From Eledone cirrhosa (taxonomy: Eukaryota), in the NCBI GenBank assembly GCA_964016885.1, contig OZ024751.1, positions 29,760,001-29,824,000 of the forward strand: a stretch of DNA of 64,000 nt, in the 5' to 3' direction. The translations under genes were made by a program, and so were the position numbers. The notes beneath the pieces were generated by a model. It searched no databases. It had not been told where the DNA came from and saw nothing but the letters and a program-made list of their open reading frames with translations. Positions 56,691 through 64,000 of this stretch are shown piece by piece. Position 1 is the first letter of the stretch, and each line of letters begins with the position of its first letter.

Positions 56691-57912
56691 TTGTTGTGTC
56701 CCAACAAATTAAATATAACCTCTACATATACATTTATATATGTAGTTCTTTGAATGTTTACATATACATCTTTGAATACATACATACACATATACACACA
56801 CAGACAGCTATCTACAAACATATATCTTTGAATATCTAGATATACACATACATCTTTGAATACATACATACATACACATATACACCTACATACACGTATA
56901 CACATACATACATATAGACATACATACACATATACACCTACATACACATATACACCTACATGCACTTAAACACACACATATATATAAACATACATATACA
57001 TACATACACATATACATCTACATACAATTATACACACACATATATATAGACATACATATATACACAGACATACACACAGCTACACTCACATATACACATA
57101 CACATATACATACATACACATATATACATACACATATACATACATACACATATACATACACATATACATTCATACACATATACATTCATACACATATACA
57201 CACACATACATACACACAGCTACACACATAATATATCTTGCAGTACTACTGATACGTTGCATAGTACCGATATCCACAGATTGTTTAGTATAAGAATTAA
57301 GATAATTCCACACTTGGGGGGGATTTCTACTTCTATAGACTATATAACATTTTACATGTCACCATTGCAAGCTCTAGCATGTATTCAACATTTTAGTATT
57401 TTTGATATATTTTTTATACATTTATATATATATATATATATATTTTTAGTTTTTTTTTAGTTTTTGTGATTTTCACCCTGGGAGGGGAAAAAAAAAAAAA
57501 AATAATAATAAAAATAAATAAAAATAAAAATAATAAAAATGAAAATAAAGTGAAATAAAATAAAAAGTAGCGAATGTATTCTTGTGCAAGGAAGACGACA
57601 GGCAATGACTTTGAAGCAGCAATTCTCTACAATATGGTTGCGTATAGCTGTGTATATGATGTATGTTGTTTGTCCCTATGTCATTTCTACCATTCCGGAA
57701 GATTTTATTGTTTGTCATAGGTCTATTGATTTTATATCGGCACCAGTCAATATTAGCTAATGGGACCGACGGCTCACAAGATTCTCTCTTTCTTTTTTTC
57801 TTCTTTCTTTCTTTCTTTCTCTTTTTTTCGTTCCCTCTTTATTATTGAATTCTTTCCGTATCTCTCTCTCTCTCTCTTTGTCTCTCTTGTTTGCTTTAGA
57901 TCCGCCGCCCCC

Positions 57913-57947
<35 letters not shown>

Positions 57948-58039
57948 AAGAGAGAGAGATAGATACATATATATATTATGGAAATACATATATATATATA
58001 TGTAAATACATATTTATGTAAATATATATAGAGTATACC

Positions 58040-58111
<72 letters not shown>

Positions 58112-59049
58112 CATATATATATATATACCCAAATATATATATATGAATATGTATAAACACATATATATATGTGAATATATATATATATATGTATACCCAA
58201 ATATATATATATATACCCCAAGTAGACTGTTTCCTTCTGTTTACTAAGTTACATATTACAGAAATTAAAATATGTGTCAAATATATTGTTTTATTTCCAG
58301 CTATTTCTTCTTCTTCTTCTTATTCTTCTTCTTCTTCTTCTTCTTCTTCTTCTTCTTCTTCTTCTTCTTCAATATCACATTTCCACATTTTCATCTTCAG
58401 AAGCTATGGTGGTTTTATTTTATTTTATTTTATTTTATTTTATTTTATTTTATTTTATTTTATTTTATTTTATTTTATGTAAAAAATAAAATGTTCATAA
58501 TAATCATCATTGCAACCATCGCCATCATCATCATCACTGTCACCATCCACAATCCACCACCACCAGCCATCACCACCAGCCACCACCACCATCATCCACC
58601 ATCAACACCACTACCACCACCATCAACACCACCACCACCACCACCATCATCATCACCACCATCACCACCACCAGCCATCACAACCATCATCATCATCACC
58701 ACCACCAGCCATCATCCACCACAACATCACAACCACCATCACCATCACAACAACCATCCCATCACCACCACTATCATCCACCATCACTACCACCCATCAC
58801 CACCACCATCCATTATCATCATCGTTGCCATCCACCATTCAGAATTCACCACCATCATAATTCACCATCATCATCCAGTAATATCATCTACCACCACTAT
58901 CCAACAACACCATCCTCCACCACCACCACCATCCTCCACCACCACCACCATCCTTCACCATGCACCAATGCCACCATTTTTCATCTTTATGAATCTTAAC
59001 TATTGGATTATATTTTCCTTCAACAAGACCTAGTTGCTTCAGAAAAGGT

Positions 59050-59105
<56 letters not shown>

Positions 59106-59216
59106 TATATATACATAAATATATAGATATATACAGACCTAGTTGCTTCATACAAGATTGTGCATATATATATATATATTTGCACAACTTTTTCTGAAGC
59201 AACTGCATATATGTAC

Positions 59217-59249
<33 letters not shown>

Positions 59250-59689
59250 TATATAAATTATATATAAATAAATGTATGTGTGTCTGTGTATAATTTGTTC
59301 TACATTTGCCTTCTGAGAAAACATTGTTTCGTAACTATATTCAGTTTACAAGTTTACAAGCTATGTGTTTCTTTACTGGGTAACTTTGAAGAAATGTGTT
59401 GTTCTGTCTCCTATGTTAAGCAGTTTTCATGGATGACATAAACGGTCCCAGACTTCATATATTTAATACTTTACTGTATCAGCTGTAAAGAACAATTGAA
59501 AATATTATTTAAGATTTCTTCCACTTTCTTTCTGCCAAACTTTTCTGGGGTTTTTTTTTTAGTTGATAGAGGCTTATTAACATTGACATGCATATAAAAT
59601 ATTAAATCTCATAGATTATATATTCTTTTTTTCTTCTTTTCAATGGCTGATAATACCTTACTGGCACCATTCAAGTAAGGTAATTATCT

Positions 59690-59845
59690 AACCCATAAAT
59701 GGGGCCCTAACAGGTGCTACTGCTCCGGGCCAGAGCAGACCTGGAAGTGATAACAACTAAAGGGTAACTCCACATTCCCACAGCTCTTGACCTCCCGAAC
59801 CAGTGCCTTGCCACTGGATGCAGTTTAATGTCATACCCAGGACAT
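59690..59845 (-). mobile_element. SINE-like interspersed repeat (octopus-type)
   Basis: tgtcctgggtatgacattaaactgcatc...gggaatgtggagt...gtagcacctgttagggccc, recognised from memory only. Confidence 0.55.
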
Positions 59846-60199
59846 ATATATCTCTGTGTTAGAGCATTTGGTTCACAATCATGAGGTTGTGTGTTCAATT
59901 CTATCTGTAAAGACTTGTCCATGTCTTGTTAGCAGAGAAAACAGATTTTAATCAATGATGATGACAAACACTCACATGTATTCAACTCACACGTATTCGA
60001 CCCCATTATTTAACTGGTACTTTATTTTAACAACGCCAAAAGGATGAAAGACTAAGTTGACTTCAGGAGGATAAACTCAGAACATAAAATAACCACAATT
60101 ATGTCTAAATGCCACAAAGTGTTTTGTCAGTCAGATGTCCTATAAATTCTGTCAGTTTGACATCCCTTTCATTATAATAACAACAGTAACAATAATAAT

Positions 60200-60726
60200 A
60201 ATAATATTGACAAGGAAAAAAGATCTTGCTTGATTATAGATGTAGCTTTCCCCTTTGCCAAAAGATTGCAAGAAAAGGAGGAGAAAATTAACCTGTACCA
60301 GAATATAAAGTGGGAACTGAAAAGGATTGAGAACTATCATGATATTAAAGTTGCCTCCATCATTATAGGAGCACTAGGTACTATCTCAAAGAGTTTCCAA
60401 GGATCGCTAAAGAACATTAGCTCAGCCCTCTTTTTTGGAACACTTCAAAAGGTATACCTACTGGGAACCACATGGACCTTCTGATATATCCTGAATATCT
60501 GAAGCTGCAGGTAGTGGCTTGATATTTATTTGGGCGAATTTTCCAGTTAAATAACATCAATGACAGATATCAAATTCAAAATAATAAAAATGCTGATGAT
60601 GAGGAGTACTGGGAACAGCAAGGACCCTCCGATACATCCTGAATATCTGAGGATGCAGGTCGTGGCTTGATATTTATTTAGGCAAATTTTCCGGTTAAAT
60701 ATCATGAACGACTGAAATATCAAAGT
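60200..60726 (+). mobile_element. Two tandem 3' ends of an R4/Dong-like non-LTR element (restriction-enzyme-like endonuclease domain)
   Basis: IIIDKEKRSCLIIDVAFP..EEKINLYQNIKWELKR..IIIGALGTI..LQK..LLGT; second end VLGTARTLRYILNI* with the same UTR; starts in (AAT)n. Confidence 0.85.
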
Positions 60727-61144
60727 AAAAAAAGAAAAAAAAAAGATGATGGTTATGGTTATGGTTATGACAATGATGATGATGTTTTTTTTTAATAACA
60801 ATAACAATGTGTTTATAATAAAATATACTAAGAGTCAGAAATGCCTCACAAACTAAATATACAAGCACGCACATGTTTATACATGCTGTAACAATGTACA
60901 TATGTATATCTACAACAAGTCATACACGCACCAAACCACCCAGTAAATAATTACATGCAGTTACAATATCATTGCAGCTACTGACATGAATAAGTAACTC
61001 ATGCATGCATCATAAATCTGCAGCTGCACTCACATGTGTTCATACATTTTTCACTACATGTATTCAAACATAAAGTGTTACAAATCTGTAAATGTGTTCA
61101 TACACAACTGCCATGCGTGTGTGTGGGTGGGTTATGTTATATAT

Positions 61145-61600
61145 TCCTCTCTTTCTCTCTCTCCTTCTCTGAATCTCTTTCATGCTTTCTCACTCTCTCT
61201 CACACTCCCCCTTACCCTCTCTCTCTCACTCACTCTCTCTTTCACCCTCTCACTCACTCTCTCTTTCACCCTCTCACTCACTCTCTCTTTCACCCTCTCA
61301 CTCTCTCTTTCACTCTCTCTATCTCTCACTATCTCTTTCACTCTCTCTCTCAATCTCTCTCTCACTGACTCACTCTCTCACTCTCTCTTACTCTCACTCA
61401 CTCTCTCTTTCACTCTATCCCTCTCTCACTCACTCTCTTTCACTCCCACTCACCCTCACTCACCCTCTCTTTCACTCTCACTAACCCTCTCTTTCACTCT
61501 CACTCACCCTCTCTTTCACTCTCACTCACTCTTACTCACTCTCTCTCACTGTCACATTCTCTCTCTCTCCTCTCCATCTTACTCCCTCTTTCTCTCTCTC
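61145..61600. repeat. CT-rich microsatellite with 24-bp higher-order unit
   Basis: ctcactcactctctctttcaccct repeats. Confidence 0.9.
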
Positions 61601-62737
61601 ACACAAACACATATATATATACATATATACATATATAACATCATCATTGATTTAAATCCACTAATCCATGGGCTGGATTAGACATTTTGAGTTAGTTTTT
61701 CCTAAGGCCAGATGCCTTTCCTAACACCGACCCATACTTTATCAGAAGTATGGTACGTACTACTGACATATATTGAACCACTTTTAACCAATATTGATGT
61801 GAAGAGGCTTACAGTGACTGTCTAACCATACACACGTATACACACAAACACATACACACACACACACAGACACACAAGGCTTCCACGCAGTTTCTATTTA
61901 CCAAATCCATTCATATATACATGTCAAAACGTATGATCTGTTCAAATAACACACACGCATATATATATATTTATGATAAAATTGTAACTGTGTATATATA
62001 TATATATATATATATAAATTTTAGTACAGCATCAACGAAGCTCTGGCAGCAGCCAAGCTAACGAATGCAGATTCAGTGTGCAGCTAAGCACTCAATGGAG
62101 AATATTACCCCAGAGTAAACATTATGTTTAGACAGCTTTGCAAATCAAATACAGCGACCAAAAAAAACTGAACTCAGGAAAAATTTATATTTAATACAGC
62201 CAATTATCCACACAATACAATATAGTTAGCACTCCAAACGTTTAATTGGGAATATACTCCGGTATTTCCTAATGTTTGTTGAATGAGTTGGAAATTGGTC
62301 GGAGTGTCGCTAATAGCTTTGACCGTTTATGTAATTATGTAGTATACTCTTGGATCACCCACCAGACATGAACTTTCCCAATATAAGATATAACTCTCTT
62401 TGTTTATTTTTTTTATATGAATATTGATTGTTTGTTCCTATATCTCATGTCTATTATTTTGCCTGAGAAAATATCTCTATGTGTCCTTAAACAGTGCACA
62501 CATATATTTATTTTTTCATATCCAACTGAGTTATTCGCACGAGGCTTGAATTCTTGTCAGAGTTCAATGACCTGCGTGTGTATTATTTTTCATGGTAGCC
62601 TCCTTCTCCCATTTTGAGGACAGTGTAAGATTTTCTTTTGAGCTGCTGGACTTACAACTTACAATAATAAAGATATTATTAATATTATTAATAATGCTGT
62701 AATTTGAATTTGTTAATTTACAGGATTTTTTGTAGTT

Positions 62738-62843
62738 GTCTCTGATGATCTGATTAAGCTAACATCGTATTTGAAATTGAGTGGCACTGCTTCTAGTGTT
62801 CAGCAATTTTTAGACAACTTAATCAGTGAAACAATTGTTAGAC
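62738..62843 (+). ncRNA. Type I hammerhead ribozyme with canonical core, predicted cleavage GUU after 62839
   Basis: gtct-CTGATGA(62742-62748)-t-ctgattaag...cttaatcag-t-GAA-ACAATTGT-T-agac, then AATAAA. Confidence 0.8.
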
Positions 62844-63217
62844 TGTAAATAAATCCCTTTTTTTGTACTGTTGACCCTGTTATTCTTCACTTTTTCAATT
62901 TTATATTGGATTCGCAATCATGAGGTTGTGAGTTTGATTCCAGAACCGGGCGATGCATTATATCCTTGAGCAAGACACTTTATTTCACATTGCTCCTTCT
63001 ACCTGGAGTTGTGACCGATAGATAGTATTAGCAATTGGAAAGACCAATGGAAACATTGTTTCCTCGGTCCAATTTGACGAAAGTCGATCGTTCCTTTATA
63101 TATATATATTTATTTATTTATTAAAATAACAGAACCTTCTTTGGATTTTAGTCTTCACATTTATTATTATTACTATATATATAAATTATATTTTAACAGT
63201 CTGCTTCTCTTTCTTCG

Positions 63218-63283
<66 letters not shown>

Positions 63284-63467
63284 AGTATTAAGGTGGTAGC
63301 ATGCCTCTGGTCACATTTTTCATTGTGTCACGTTACCTAACTTATGTTAATTACTCGGTGCATTAATTTATTGATTTCTTCTCATTGAGTGCTTCGTGGC
63401 AGCCTCCAAAAGATTGATTGCAAACCTGCTACTTGCAGCTGCAACTTCGGTTATACTCACTATTATT

Positions 63468-63590
63468 GGTCTGAGTTCAAATCCCGCCGAGGTTAACTTT
63501 GCCTTTCATCCTTACGGGGTTGATAAAATAAAGTACCAGTAATGCACTGAGGTAATTGCTGGCCTTGTGCCAAAAGTAGAAATAATTATT
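63468..63590 (+). mobile_element. 5'-truncated family A SINE
   Basis: From the B box gagttcaaatcccg to gtagaaataatt. Confidence 0.85.
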
Positions 63591-63921
63591 ATATATAGTA
63601 TATAGGTAACTGAGACTGCAAATTGTGTATATAATTTCACACATTTTTAGTATACAGACATGTACACATGACAAATATACATGTTTCATTATCAATTGAA
63701 AATATGATAAATACATTAAATCAATTTTCGAACCTGATTGGATTCTCATCAGAAGCTATGTACCCCATCTAAATCACCAAAAGATTCAAAATTTGATTTA
63801 ATATATTTATTATTTTTTTAATTGCCAGAGAAATATATGTATTTAGCCTGGTTATATGTCTATATATTAAAAATATGTTAATTTATATATATGCATTTAC
63901 GCAATGCTGTTTATCTCTATA

Positions 63922-63982
<61 letters not shown>

Positions 63983-64000
63983 TACATACATATATACACA

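Noticed and set aside
57570-57790. Unique complex sequence with an open minus-strand frame
   Set aside because: No recognisable domain or convincing splice sites

Overview
AT-rich, microsatellite-saturated eukaryotic non-coding DNA (intronic or intergenic). The SINE and LINE repertoire resembles that of an octopod cephalopod; this is recognised from memory, not from a database search. No host protein-coding gene can be called with confidence, and nearly all ORF-track entries are microsatellite translations. Recognisable content: tRNA-derived SINEs, 5'-truncated LINEs (CR1-like, RTE, an RTE-like family ending in C2H2 fingers, R4/Dong-like REL endonuclease ends), piggyBac-, Tc1-, pogo- and hAT-type MITEs, and minisatellites. 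The main result is a dense set of short non-coding elements from at least seven sequence-unrelated families. They usually abut (TA)n tracts and carry type-I hammerhead ribozyme (HHR) folds, some with variant cores. Many have long fold-back inverted repeats, and several share a 3' TTGAGTRC motif. They are best interpreted as pseudo-LTR remnants or non-autonomous derivatives of Penelope-like elements (PLEs). Two fold-backs duplicate flanking host DNA instead of element DNA. All folds were read by eye and no catalytic activity is shown.
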